From NCBI GenBank assembly GCA_964019335.1, contig OZ025687.1, positions 248,001 through 312,000 of the forward strand: 64,000 bases of DNA. The letters are read 5' to 3'. The position numbers and the translations under genes are program-made. The notes beneath the pieces are model-generated. The model did not search any database, was not told the origin of the DNA, and saw only the letters and a program-made list of their open reading frames with translations. Positions 36,548-47,837 of this stretch are shown piece after piece. Within the stretch, counting starts at the first letter, position 1. The number at the start of each line of letters is the position of its first letter. The stretch comes from Diplonema japonicum. Taxonomy: Eukaryota; Protista; Euglenozoa: Diplonemea.

Positions 36548-37224
36548 TTACAAGTTCTGCTCGAGGATTTTCAAAAGCTCCGGAAGCCGAGGAGGCCTAC
36601 CTGTCTCGAGCTTGGAGAAAATCAATTTTTCTCCCAAGTAGAACTCGAAAGCACCCGTGGCAAGAAGCTGTGTGGCAACAATCTGTAAGGGGTTAGAGAG
36701 AAAGCATTGCAATGAAAAGCACATACGTTTAAAACAAAGAGAAACATCACAGCTTGACCTTTGTTCTCACTGACGAGGTTCCCTATCGGAGGGGGCAGAT
36801 ATTGGTGCAAGCCGAAGAAGGCACACGCAAGGCCTGCGTAGAAAGTAAGCTGCAAGACGTTCGCAATACCCTGGTAAAGGGGCGACGGCATGTGCTGCCC
36901 GCCCACAATCTCCAGGTTAGGGTAGACCCGTCGGATCTCCCTTGCGTAGTCGTCAAACAGCTTCTTATACCCTCAGCTAATGCACATTGCCACCGACAAC
37001 ACCTTCGCACTCCCTTTGTGGCTCACCTGAGCACTCCTGCCCGTTTTTAATTTCCCACCTACAGTGGCCTCCAGAGCTCTCACCAAATCTGCTTCGTCTT
37101 CCAAGCCCTCCTCATCAGCATTGATTCCCCTCTTCGCCAAGACATCCCTCATCTCCTCTGCTGTAAGCAGGCTTGCAGTGGTAGCTGCAATGGCTGAAAG
37201 GCACACCACGGCCCTCAGCAACAT
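36548..37224 (-). CDS. SELT: Selenoprotein T; Sec UGA at 36973-36975; intron 36683-36726
   Basis: Signal peptide, then MCIS-TGA-GYKKLF (the CxxU motif, cf. CVSUGY), in-frame continuation YPNLEIVG, and ATGAFEFY...FSKLETGRPP after a 44-nt intron with a CTAAC branch point; 210 aa. Confidence 0.93.
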
Positions 37225-37326
37225 GATTTTTTAAAGCCTTTGTAATTTGTATGGGAGGAAGAGTAGCCCGAAAACATGAGTGATGCATGTAGACGAACAC
37301 CATTATCACCGCATCCTGAAACGTAA

Positions 37327-37408
37327 GCAGTCGTATCCAAGCGGTTAAGGAGGTGGACTAGAAATCCATTGGGCTCTGCCCGCGCAGGTTCAAGTCCTGC
37401 CGACTGCG
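37327..37408 (+). tRNA. tRNA-Ser(AGA)
   Basis: Cloverleaf: GCAGTCG/CGACTGC acceptor stem, CT-AGA-AA anticodon loop, long variable arm, GGTTCAAGTCC T-arm, discriminator G, T8 terminator at 37412-37419. Confidence 0.97.
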
Positions 37409-37461
37409 ATCTTTTTTTTCCGTTAAAACCGACACCTGGTCACAATAACAAAAAAAAAGAT

Positions 37462-37543
37462 CGCAGTCGGCAGGACTTGAACCTGCGCGGGCAGAGCCCA
37501 ATGGATTTCTAGTCCACCTCCTTAACCGCTTGGATACGACTGC
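37462..37543 (-). tRNA. tRNA-Ser(AGA), inverted identical copy
   Basis: Exact reverse complement of 37327-37408 with its own T-run terminator. Confidence 0.97.
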
Positions 37544-38011
37544 TTACGTTTCAGGATGCGGTGATAATGGTGTTCGTCCACTCTTTATGCCACATGTGAG
37601 TGGAAATTTGTTCCAGCCCACCTTCCTGAGGGTTGTGGAAGAGGGGGATTTTCTCTTTGGAGAGATTTTCTTGTTTGCACTGTGGTCGGTTGTTCAGAAC
37701 TGAACCGAGTGCTAAGGTATGGACATCCTGGCGTGCGGTGACGCCGAACGGAACCCGGGGCCAAAGAAAGACGGATGGCTGCCATCCACTCTTTATGACA
37801 CATGACAGGAAAAATGTACAACTTGAAAAATAGAACAACGGGAAAACACAGAATGTCAAAGGGGAAATAAAAAATGTGAGACTCAGCACACCAGCAATGC
37901 CCTCAAGCATGACCGCAAATGGCTTAAAAGGGGAAAATGTCAGTTTCGTTTGAGACCATACTGATACTGTGAGAGGCAGGGACACTAAGTAAGGGGAGGA
38001 GCTCTCTCATT

Positions 38012-41000
38012 TTATTTGTTTTGTTTTTTGTTTTTGCCATCCTTTTGAGTTTTCTTTTTGGCTTCTTTTTTCGGTGTTCCTTTTTTCGCCGACGCGCTCA
38101 CTTCCTTCACCTGCGCTCCCTTATCTTGCTTTGACTCGGGATCCTTTTTTTTTTTCTTTTCCGCCTTTTTCTTCTCGGGCTTTTCATTCCTTTTCGTGTC
38201 AGGGGTTGTAGATGCTTTTGATGTCTCTGCCTCTCCCTCTTCTTTGCGGGATTCTGCAGCGGCTTCAAGATATTTCCTGCGGGTATTTGCGTTTTTTTTT
38301 CAATATGAGCTCGTCCGGGAAAAAATGTCAACAAATGACCCTCCTATGCGGCGTAAAACCCCCGTTAAATTTCTAAGTAAAAAAGTAGTCCGACACCACT
38401 TTGTGTGCAGAAATGCAGTCTAAGCTTGAACACCATATAGGTCAAAATGCTCGCCGTTTGTTTACATGTTTTTTAGAATGGTTTTTGGCAAACAATTCAA
38501 TTTGGAAGTTACAAATAACCCAGACTCCATTTTTTATTTTCGTTTTTCCGTGAAAAGCGATAGGAGGAATGGATGCAGATTGAAAATCTGTGAAACCTTT
38601 GGGGTCATTTTGGGTGGGCTGGACTCTAAATCACTATTAAAATGGGGTGGGGTGAACTTACCCTAAAGTGTCATTTTGGCCTATTTAAGGCTAAAATCCC
38701 TTTAAAACCCCTTGAAAAAGCAAAATTTTCACTTTTAAAGTATTATGAGTGCAAAAGAAAAGGAAAAACCTCAGCAATGAAATTGCATCTTAAACATTTT
38801 CCGCCGTTTTTTTGACCTCTATTTTTCGCTTCCCGGGGGCCGCCGGTTGCAAAGCCTGCCACCCTCATGGCAAAACAAGCATCGCAATTGAAAGAACGGC
38901 GTCATGTACACCATATATGTCATCTTCCTATGGTTGCATGCTGCCCTTTTTTTTTGCTCAAATAATCAAAACAAGAAATTTTCGGAGGTGCCCAAAAAAG
39001 TGTTGACATTTTCGTCCGGACGAGCTCATATCCTTTTCTTTGTTTACATACAGAAGTTCAGTTGACTGGAAAGGCCGCTCACCAAGGAGTTCAGTAAGGT
39101 CCTCAGCAGAGAGCACTTCCTTCTCAATGAGCTTCTCGGCAACGAGGTCCAGCTGGTCCTTGTGCTTTGTGAGGATACCCATAGAGGTTTCGTAGACCTG
39201 GGTCACGATACGCTCCACTTCTTCATCGATAAGCTTCTCAGTGTGCTTCGAGTACGGGTTCTGGATCACCAGATCGCTGCCCCCATCAGGGAAACTGACA
39301 TGCCCCACCTTCTCCGGGCTGAACCCATATCGAGTGATCTGAAGTATGTTTTTTTCTCATACAATCCATACCTGCGACTTGGACATATTCGTCACTCTAT
39401 ACATGTCATCTGCAGCACCTGTTGACCTCTCTCCAAAGATGATCTCCTCGGCACACATTCCACCAAGTAACTTTACCATGCTCTCAAGAAGCTCATCCTG
39501 TAAGAAAAAAAAAGAGGTAGACGAAAGGAAAATCGTACCTGAGTCGTGAGGTACTTGTCCTTCGGGAGATGTTGGGCGTAGCCGATCTTGTCCCCGCCAC
39601 GTGGCACAATAGACACCTGTGTGATCGATTTTTTCCCCCCTCCCCTTCTTCGCTACCTTCAGGATAGGGTCAACGTGTTTCAAGTGCCACCCGCAGACAA
39701 CATGCCCGGCCTCGTGATACGCCACCATTTTCTTCTCTCTTAGTGTTATCTTCTTGGTCTTCTCCAGGCCGCCAAGGATCTTCTCGATCGCTTTCTCGAA
39801 CGATTTCATCCCAACATAGTTTTCATTCCCCCTGGCGGCGATGAGCGCAGCCTCGTTGCAGGTGTTCATGATATCGGCACCGCTGAAGCCAGGCGTCAAT
39901 GCACCAAGGCGCTTTGCGGTGACGTTCTTGCTTACATTGGCGTGGAGTGTGATGGGTTTGAGGTGCAGGTTAAAAATTTCGATACGGTCAGCCAAAGGGG
40001 GCTTGTCAAGGGTGATCTTACGATCGAACCTCCCAGGCCTCAGCAAAGCCTTATCCAGGATGTCCTCACGGTTGGTTCCAGCAAGTACAACCACACCTGT
40101 CTTGGAATTGAACCCGTCCATCTCGACCAGAATACTATTCAGGGCTGACTCCTGTTCAGAATCGTGCCTACCGCCGCCTGCTGTCTGCCTCTTCCTCCCG
40201 ATGGCATCTATCTCATCGATGAAAACTATGCACGGTGCTTCTTTGGCAGCGGACGCGAACAGTTCTCTCACCCTTGCCGGTCCCACACCCACAAACACCT
40301 CCATGAAATCACTCCCTGCAACGGAGAAGAATGGTACCTCCGACTCTCCTGCTGTTGCTTTTGCCAGAAGGGTCTTACCCACACCGGGGGGTCCAGTAAG
40401 GAGAACGCCCTTGGGGATCTTGGCACCGAGCCTGGAGTACTTGTCAGGGAACTTTAGGAAATCGACGACTTCCATGATCTCTTGCTTGGTCTCCTTCAAC
40501 CCCGCAACGTCTTTGAACTTCGTCGACACGTTGTGCTGCACCTCGAACTTGGGTTTCTTGTCGCGCTTGCTGAACAGCTCGGACTGGAGCGCCTTCTGAG
40601 ATTTGGGAAATCTGTACACAAAGAAGTACAGCACCATGAGTGGGAGACTGCACTGCCACATGAGCGAGAGCAGGCCATGGTCGTGCGTCCGGTACATCAC
40701 TGGTATGGCGTGTGATTGCGCAGACGTATTGAACTCCAGCTGCAAGCACTCTAGCCTGTACTCAAACACTTCCGTGTCACCAATCGTCATGTAGTACTTC
40801 ATCTCTTCTTCCCCGTTCTCGGTGGTGGTCAGCTGGGCGATGGCATAGTCGTAGATCTCTACCTTAACTAGATGCCCTTCCTTTACGAGTTCCTTGACCT
40901 TCTCCCATTCGATGGACGTCCCGTGTGGTCTAGACGACCACCAGCTATATATTGCGTAGAGACCCAGAGCCGTTCCTAATGTTAAGAAAATGACTTGCGT

Positions 41001-41375
41001 CTGGTCGTTCTGATCGCTTCCCTTCTGTTGCTTCTTTTTCGCGTTTTTCTTCTTCGCCATCACAGCCTCTCTCTTTTTAAACTCCTCAATCGCCAGCGGC
41101 AGGCCCGGGTTGTTGGGGTTCGGGAACCATTTTTCAAACCCTTTCGGGGGCTTCGGCCCGTCCTTGCCCTTTGCTGCTGAAAATTCTCGCTTTGCGTCGT
41201 CTCCCTCTTCCTTTTCCTTGGCTTTCCCGCTGTCCTTGGCCTCTTCCTTTGCCTCCTCCGTGTTGTTCTCTGGCTTCTTCGGGTCCTGACTGCAGTACCT
41301 CCTTCCTGTTCTCCGCAGCTCCAGCTCACTTATCCTGGATGCCAGTTTCATGCGCAGCCATGGCTTCCGGAACAT
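38012..41375 (-). CDS. Mitochondrial m-AAA FtsH-family protease (AFG3L2/paraplegin-like); introns 39617-39656, 39498-39538, 39339-39371, 38277-39051
   Basis: Presequence-like N-terminus, PKGFEKWF, two TM segments, Walker A GPPGVGKT, Walker B FIDEID, LLRPGRFDR, Zn motif HEAGH, STGAADD; spliced frame of 824 aa. Confidence 0.92.
38307..39027. mobile_element. 721-bp non-autonomous DNA transposon (MITE) in the last AFG3 intron
   Basis: 27-bp TIRs GAGCTCGTCCGGnnnAAAATGTCAACA (24/27 identical) flanked by ATAT on both sides; no long ORF. Confidence 0.85.
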
Positions 41376-41480
41376 CTTATTTCTGATATCTGTGATGAGC
41401 TTAAGACATCCAGACTTCAAAGGCATCACTAATACAAAACAGGGGAAAGACCCCATAGCAAGGAAAGGAACTGGGCTAAG

Positions 41481-42754
41481 CTACGGGGTGGTCCGCGCTT
41501 TTTTCTGTTTGAGTATTTCTTGACAGGCGTGCAGCATGGCCTTGGCACAGTCGCGCTCAGAGGGCGGACCTTCTAACTTGACGGTTGCCCTCTCTCTCTT
41601 CATTGTGATGGGTGGCAGGCCGATGGCAGCGTCTGCATTCTTTTCAGTTTTCATCTTCATGATGAGAGGCTCATCCTTCACACCCATGAGCTCCCGCTTG
41701 AGGACCGCATCGTTCACCATATCGGCATCTGCCTTGAAGGTCTGCCCCCATGACTTCAAGAACGCAGCACGTTCGTGCTCGAGAGCAGTGCGTGCATCTT
41801 CTTCTTTTCTCTCCAACGAAGCAATAATGGCAATGCGTAAGGCAAGCGAAGGCATGGGCTCAGACACAGATCTTTTCGCCGCCTGAACAGAGAGTGAAGG
41901 TGCTGCAATTTGCAATGGTGCTGCAGTCTGCGGTGGTGCTGCAGTTTGCAGCTGTTCCAAGGGCCGGGGCTGCTGTTGTTGTGGAAGTTTCAACTGCTGC
42001 TTCTGGAAAGGCTGCTGTTGCTGATTATGCTGCGGCTGTTGCGGGTACACCAGCTGCTGCTTTTGAAAAGGCTGTGGTCCGCTGTGGGGTGGCTGCTGCT
42101 GCTGTGGCTGGTGCGGAGGGGGCACCTGTCTGGGTCCAGTCTGCGTCTATTACAATTTCTTTCAATTTTTCACTTCACAACACATACCGAAGAGACCTGT
42201 GCTGCCACAGGAGCGAAGGCAGGGGCGGGAAGAGGCACGGGCAGGTTGTTAAAAGGATCGTACCGCTGCTGGGGTGCGTTGGTGGGCCTGACAGGCTGGG
42301 GCTGAGGTCTGCTTGCGTTGCCGCCAGCACGCCTTTCCATGTCGGCTAATGAGGTGACTTCGTTTTCAGAGATTTCACGCATAGCGTGGTTGGCACGAAT
42401 GGTGAGCACCGAGAGGGGGTTCGTGCACCGTGTGACACTGCCTAAAGAGAGGACAGTGCGGAGGACGTCGGACCGAAGGGACCTTAGGTAGTCACCGCAC
42501 TGAGCATCAAGGTCATTGCTTTGGATGAAGAGGGGCAGCGGCTGGATGAGAGGGGCACCATTGGCACACTCCATGCGCTTCTCAAGTACAGCGCTAGGGT
42601 TCTTTGCAGTCGCAAGGGTCCCCCTTTGCATCACCTTCATCCACAAGCCTCTATTCAGCCAGTTGTAAAACCGCTCCCTTGCTGTATTGTCCACCGGCTC
42701 CAGGAACTTCACCACCTCATCAGGCACATCGACCGGTGTGCTTGGGTCGTTCAT
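41481..42754 (-). CDS. Hypothetical protein with Gln/Pro-rich middle; intron 42147-42187
   Basis: Two ORFs join in frame through a 41-nt GTATG...TAG intron; 410 aa. Confidence 0.7.
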
Positions 42755-42928
42755 CTCTACTGCAAAGTTACAAACCAGTTTACACCAAAGAAAGAAGAAG
42801 AAGAAGAAGAAGAAGAAGAAAAGAGAAAAGGAGAAAACAGAAACAACTATTTCTTCCTTGTTTAGTGGCTGGAAAGTCACATTGGGTGAACATGAAAGCG
42901 GGGGAGAGGAAAGAGAGAGGTATCAACA

Positions 42929-42960
<32 letters not shown>

Positions 42961-43063
42961 GGTTCCCATTTCCAAATTCTCTCGTTCTGCCTTAATTTGC
43001 AAAAAGAAAAAAAGAAGAAAAAAAAAAAAAAAAAAAAAAAGGAGGAAAAAAATGAAGGAACTC

Positions 43064-44937
43064 TCATGAATTTCTCACCCTGCTACCTGTTATCATTGGT
43101 TTGGCCTCCTTTCGCCTTGACAGGACCCCCGTGAGGCCGCTTCCTTGTGAAGCGGGTGCACCTTTTTTGTAAAAACTACTACTGCCCATAGGGTAGCTGA
43201 ATTTCGGTACAGTTCGGGCGAGGGTCGAAGTCGAATGTAAAATCTTCTGCAAAAAAGATTTCCCCCCCTTTTTTCTTTTTTTGAATACCTTTTCTTTATT
43301 ACCATTTCTCCTCCGCTCGTTTTTGAGCACGACTGTGGGGCAATCGAATCCAGTGCCCAACCTATATCAGATAAAACCACCAGTCTTATTACCCCCCCCC
43401 CCCCCCCCCCTTTACAATACCTATCGCTGCTAAGGTTTGGCAACGCTGTAGACTTGAAGTACGAGTGGATGTGGGACCCACGAATGAAGTCTTGCTTAGG
43501 GGATATCGATAGCTTGCCAATGGGCGAAGGGGTCGGAGTGCCTTGAGAAGGAAACCCGACCATAGGAACCAACGGACGGGGCTTGTTGGCTGCAGCCAGC
43601 GGGTGGACAGGTGGTATGTACTTCTCGCACACTGGTTCTGGTTCCGGGGTTTTCCTGAGTGACGGGAGATTGTTGACAAGGTGGTCCGACTGCTTAGCAA
43701 GCTGCTGATGCGCCTTCGACCGCTGCTGGCTCATCGCTGGCTTGGCAAATGCTTGCGCAGGGGGTTCGGGGGGCAGAAGCTCGGATGCTAGCTCCGAACA
43801 CTTCCCACCAACCTTGTGTTGTTGCAAGAACAAGTTCCCCCATGTCACATCGACGCCGTTCTTCTCCTTTCTCATCCAGTTCCCACTGCTCCTCCCTGCT
43901 TTTGGCGACACAGGCGGGTGCACATTCTGGTACTGCGTTTCGACCTTTTCCAACTCCACCCTCTTCAGAGCCTTCACCGGTTTCTCCTCCCTCACCGTCA
44001 CATCGTGAGAAGGATACCCATGCTGCGTGAAGTACGGATGGTTCTGTTCGGGAATTTTTTTTTTTTTCTTTTTCTATACCAATAGTTCAGCGCATGTCCA
44101 CCGTCTTTCAGGTTCGATGTTGAGGCAGACCTTGAGAAGCTGGAGGAGCTGTTTGTTGGTGATGCTTCCTGCAAGCCGTTTTTCAAGCGTCTCCGCTGTG
44201 TGCTGGTCGGGGAGGCCAAGCCCGGAATAGAGTGGGTTCTTCTTGAATGTAGAAAGCTGCCGAGTTGTAAGCCGACCGAAACACCTTATAATATGGTGCA
44301 GCTGATCAATGTCAGACTCCCCTGGGAAGAGGGGTATCCCTGTTGAAATCTCAGCCGTCATACAACCTACCGCCCAGATGTCGACACTTTCTTTGTACTC
44401 AACATCACCAACGAGTAGTTCAGGGCTTCGATACCAACGGGTGGCCACGTAGTCTGTGTACTTTGTCCCTTGGCCCCCCATGGTCCGGGCAAAGCCGAAA
44501 TCACATAGTTTCAGAATTCCGTTTTTCGAAATCAAGATATTTTCAGGTTTGACATCACGGTGAATAACGTGGTTCACGTGGCAGTACATCAACGCCCTTA
44601 GGAGTTGTGCGGTGTAGTTTCTCACATCTGCCTCGTCTAGCCCGTAGGGGTGGCGTTCGAGTTCTTCTAGTGCCGTTCTTTCAACGAACTCGAATATTAG
44701 AAACAGTTTTTTGTCTTTCGGGCGTCTGAACACCTCCAGCAGGCTCACGATGTTTTCATGAGTCAGCTGCTTCAGGATGCGGACTTCTCTTAAAGCGGTT
44801 TTCTTGACCTGTTCGTCCTCTTCGCTTTCTTTGAACTTCTTGATCGCCACCACCATGCCATTGTCCTTCCGCCGCGCTTTCAACACCACCCCGTACGTCC
44901 CTTCACCGATCGTGCCCAGGATCTCATACTGGTCCAT
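43064..44937 (-). CDS. CDKL-family protein kinase; introns 44044-44079, 43362-43420, 43247-43288
   Basis: GEGTYGVV, AIKKFK, KKTALRE (KKIALRE-like), HRDVKPEN, DFG, TDYVATRWYR; splicing restores LLNHPYF. The 3' exon structure is less certain. Confidence 0.9.
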
Positions 44938-44972
44938 TCAAAACCGCGCACTCCGCATGTTCAGAAAGTGTC

Positions 44973-45014
<42 letters not shown>

Positions 45015-45125
45015 GTGAAGTTAAAAAAAAAAAAAAAGGAAAGACGGAGAAAGGGAAGAAAGAAAAGAAAGAAAGAGTACAATAATGAAGGGGGGGCACA
45101 CGGGTTTTTGCACTCGATATCTTCT

Positions 45126-45158
<33 letters not shown>

Positions 45159-45412
45159 CCCCCATTGGGTTCCTCTTTTTTTCTTTCTCTTTTATAAAAA
45201 CTCTCCTCTTTCTTTCTAACGAAAAGATCAATCACACACACACGGGAGGGGAGGGAGGGGATAAAATTCAACTAAGAGGCTCCTCCTCACACGCAACGTA
45301 TCCACTACTCACACGCGACAGCTCTGTGTTACCGACAAAGGTGTCCAGGTCAGAGGACCAGAAATTTTCGCAGACCTGTAAAAAAAAAAACTTTTTTCAC
45401 CCCCCCCCTGTC

Positions 45413-46597
45413 TCATACCAATCTCCACGACAAGAGGATCGAGATGTGAAGCCCTCGAATCTGATTAAAAACAAAGGCCTTTGTAGCGTTAAAGAACAAA
45501 ATAGGAGGCAGGGGGCAGTTGAGAGACGCAATGCTCACCGCCGTCAAGGCTATCATGTCACCAAAATAGCTCAACGCAGCTATAAAACCAGCCCTTGTCA
45601 CAGTGTTTGACTTTACAAGAGAAGCTAAATCGCGCGCCTTAAAGGCCCTGACACGATCCTGCCTCGCAAGAGAGACAATAAGAACACCCCCTATGGTCTC
45701 AATAACAGCAGCAAAGATCATTGCGATGGAGTTATCGTCAGACCAGTCCCCGGGGGTGAAACCCACTGATATCCATGTCACTATAGCACTTATTATCTCA
45801 AAAGACGGCCAGACTAACGTTCCCTGAGACTCGGTCCAGCCTGGCTGTAATGTTTTTAATGGTGTCCACAAGTAAGCCAAATCCATTACATGTTCATCAT
45901 CATGTTTTCGGTATCTTATAAACGCTGCCAGTTGAACGGACCCCATTACTATGATAACAGCGACCGCAGCTCCGAAACCGTGCGGGGCGAGTATCGCAGC
46001 TGGGAGTCCTAAGAGACAGCATATTGTGAAGAAAATGACGAATAACCATCGCCAACGTCGGAAGATGAACGCGTTTAGCTCCAACGATCTCGGTAGTCTA
46101 TACCGCCCACGGTGCCTTGACGCTACAAAGAGGGTTCCTATGGGTGACAACACAAATAATAAAGGAGAGAACGCGCAGAATGCAAGAATCAACGCAATGA
46201 TAATTTCGGAGCCTACTTTGTCCGAGTTTGATGTTTCCCAAGTTACATCCACACGGGAGCACAAACCGTGGCCTGCGCTTTTTATTACTACACGGACTGT
46301 GCCTGTGGCTAGGCTGTCGCCTTGTTGAACAGAGACAGGAGAGGGTTGGAAGGTCGGGTTGGTTATCGGGCATCCATTATTGTTCCCCGAGTACACGGCG
46401 ATGAGGCAGTTGTCGTCGCTGCTTGTTGCGTTGACTTTGAGCCATTTCGGGGTCTTTCCTGTTGGTGGGTCCGACTCGATGGTGAAGGCGCATTCTTGCA
46501 GGGTCTCATACATAGTGTATTCACCCTCGTTTGCTTTCTCAGTGTTGTCTTTACATGTTGCTACAAGTGACGTTACCAATGCTATTGTAAAGAGCAT
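45413..46597 (-). CDS. Multi-pass membrane protein with signal peptide and Cys-containing ectodomain
   Basis: MLFTIALVTSLVA signal; about 6-7 hydrophobic segments. Confidence 0.75.
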   Translation of the reverse strand: MLFTIALVTSLVATCKDNTEKANEGEYTMYETLQECAFTIESDPPTGKTPKWLKVNATSSDDNCLIAVYSGNNNGCPITNPTFQPSPVSVQQGDSLATGTVRVVIKSAGHGLCSRVDVTWETSNSDKVGSEIIIALILAFCAFSPLLFVLSPIGTLFVASRHRGRYRLPRSLELNAFIFRRWRWLFVIFFTICCLLGLPAAILAPHGFGAAVAVIIVMGSVQLAAFIRYRKHDDEHVMDLAYLWTPLKTLQPGWTESQGTLVWPSFEIISAIVTWISVGFTPGDWSDDNSIAMIFAAVIETIGGVLIVSLARQDRVRAFKARDLASLVKSNTVTRAGFIAALSYFGDMIALTAVSIASLNCPLPPILFFNATKAFVFNQIRGLHISILLSWRLV

Positions 46598-46937
46598 TTT
46601 TTTTTTTTTTTTTTCGTTCCCTCCCCTCCTCCTCTCCCACCCACCAACTTCCACCTGGGTTGTGATGTTGCGTGTAGGGGGGGGGGGGGGGGGTGTTTTT
46701 AATAAAAGAAAAAAAGGAAGAAAGAAAAAAAAAAGAAGAAAGAAGGATTTTTTTTTTCATTCTTCTTATTTTATCATTTTTTTTTGTTCTTCTTCTTATT
46801 TTTTTTTATAAAAAAAAAACTTTTTTTTTATTTTTGAAGAACATTCTTCCTATTGTTGTTGTTGGTGTTATTGCTTAGAAAAGCATTTGCAAAAGAAAAA
46901 AGAGGGGGTTGTGAGGGGGTGGGATGGACGGGGAAAA

Positions 46938-46969
<32 letters not shown>

Positions 46970-47268
46970 CTAATCCTTCTCTTCCTGGTGCTCCTCTTCT
47001 TTTTCTTCGTCCTCTTCTCCGGTTTCCGAACAGGTTGAATTCCGTCTTCTAGATTTTTTTATTCCCCCCCCTTCAAATAATCTGTTTCACACCTGTTCAA
47101 GATAGATCGCGGTCTTGATATGTCATCAGCCTCGTTCTCACAAATGCCTTCTTTCCCTTCATTAAAGCTCTGGCTGTTCAGCGTAGTGTCTATAAAGGTA
47201 ACCTTCCTTGACCGCAAGGGCTCAGCATTCTGAGTTTGGGGCTTGGTGCTTGATGCACCACAGCCCAT
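46970..47268 (-). CDS. Small dually acylated protein (MGCGASS), 84 aa; intron 47049-47092
   Basis: MGC myristoylation/palmitoylation motif; a 44-nt GTGTG...TAG intron adds RRRNST and an acidic tail. Confidence 0.65.
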
Positions 47269-47463
47269 CGGGCCGCACCAATATGGTTTATTGTTCGGCC
47301 GCCCCTCCCCTGTGTGGTGTGAACAATTAAAACTGGAAAAAAAAAAGGGGGGGGAAAAAACGGGGGGAAAGGAGAGTGGAGGGGCAGGCTGTGTGGAAAT
47401 AAATATAAAAAAAAAAAAAAAAAAAACACAAAAAAGTTGCTACACTCTTCTCCACCCTATTTC

Positions 47464-47495
<32 letters not shown>

Positions 47496-47599
47496 TTTTC
47501 CAATTTTCTTTATCTCTTCGTCTCCCTTAAGAACGCAACGGAATAGAAAGAGAAGGGGGAAAAAAAAAAGAGAGAATAAGAACAAAAAAAGGAGCGTGT

Positions 47600-47652
<53 letters not shown>

Positions 47653-47837
47653 GGGGGGACAGGAGGGAGCGGGCATTCTCTTACTGTTTGTCCTTCTCTC
47701 TCTCTCTCTTTTTTTTTTTTAAAGCACAAGAGAAGGGGGGAAAAAAAAAACACTTTCTCTCTCTTTCTCTCCCTCTCTCTTTAAACACTTTCTTTTCTTT
47801 TTTTTTTTCCCCCTCTCTTTTTCCCCCCACACCCAAC

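Larger units (their letters stand above)
37292..37578. repeat. Perfect 128-bp inverted repeat with 31-bp spacer
   Basis: Arms 37292-37419 and 37451-37578. Confidence 0.95.

Noticed and set aside
36973-36975. Pseudogenising stop or genome-wide UGA reassignment
   Set aside because: The UGA sits exactly at the SelT Sec position, and other genes in the window terminate with TGA.
37327-37543. tRNA-Sec, given the adjacency to SelT
   Set aside because: The anticodon is AGA, not TCA, and the 82-nt 7/5 cloverleaf is a standard tRNA-Ser.
37579-38011. snRNA/7SL or SL RNA gene divergent from the tRNA
   Set aside because: Small hairpins and a 20-bp direct repeat (37577, 37785) are present, but no U-snRNA, SRP or spliced-leader motif was recognised.
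38958-39051. AFG3 C-terminus as given by the ORF track
   Set aside because: That frame runs into a GTATGT donor and the MITE; a better last exon lies at 38012-38276.
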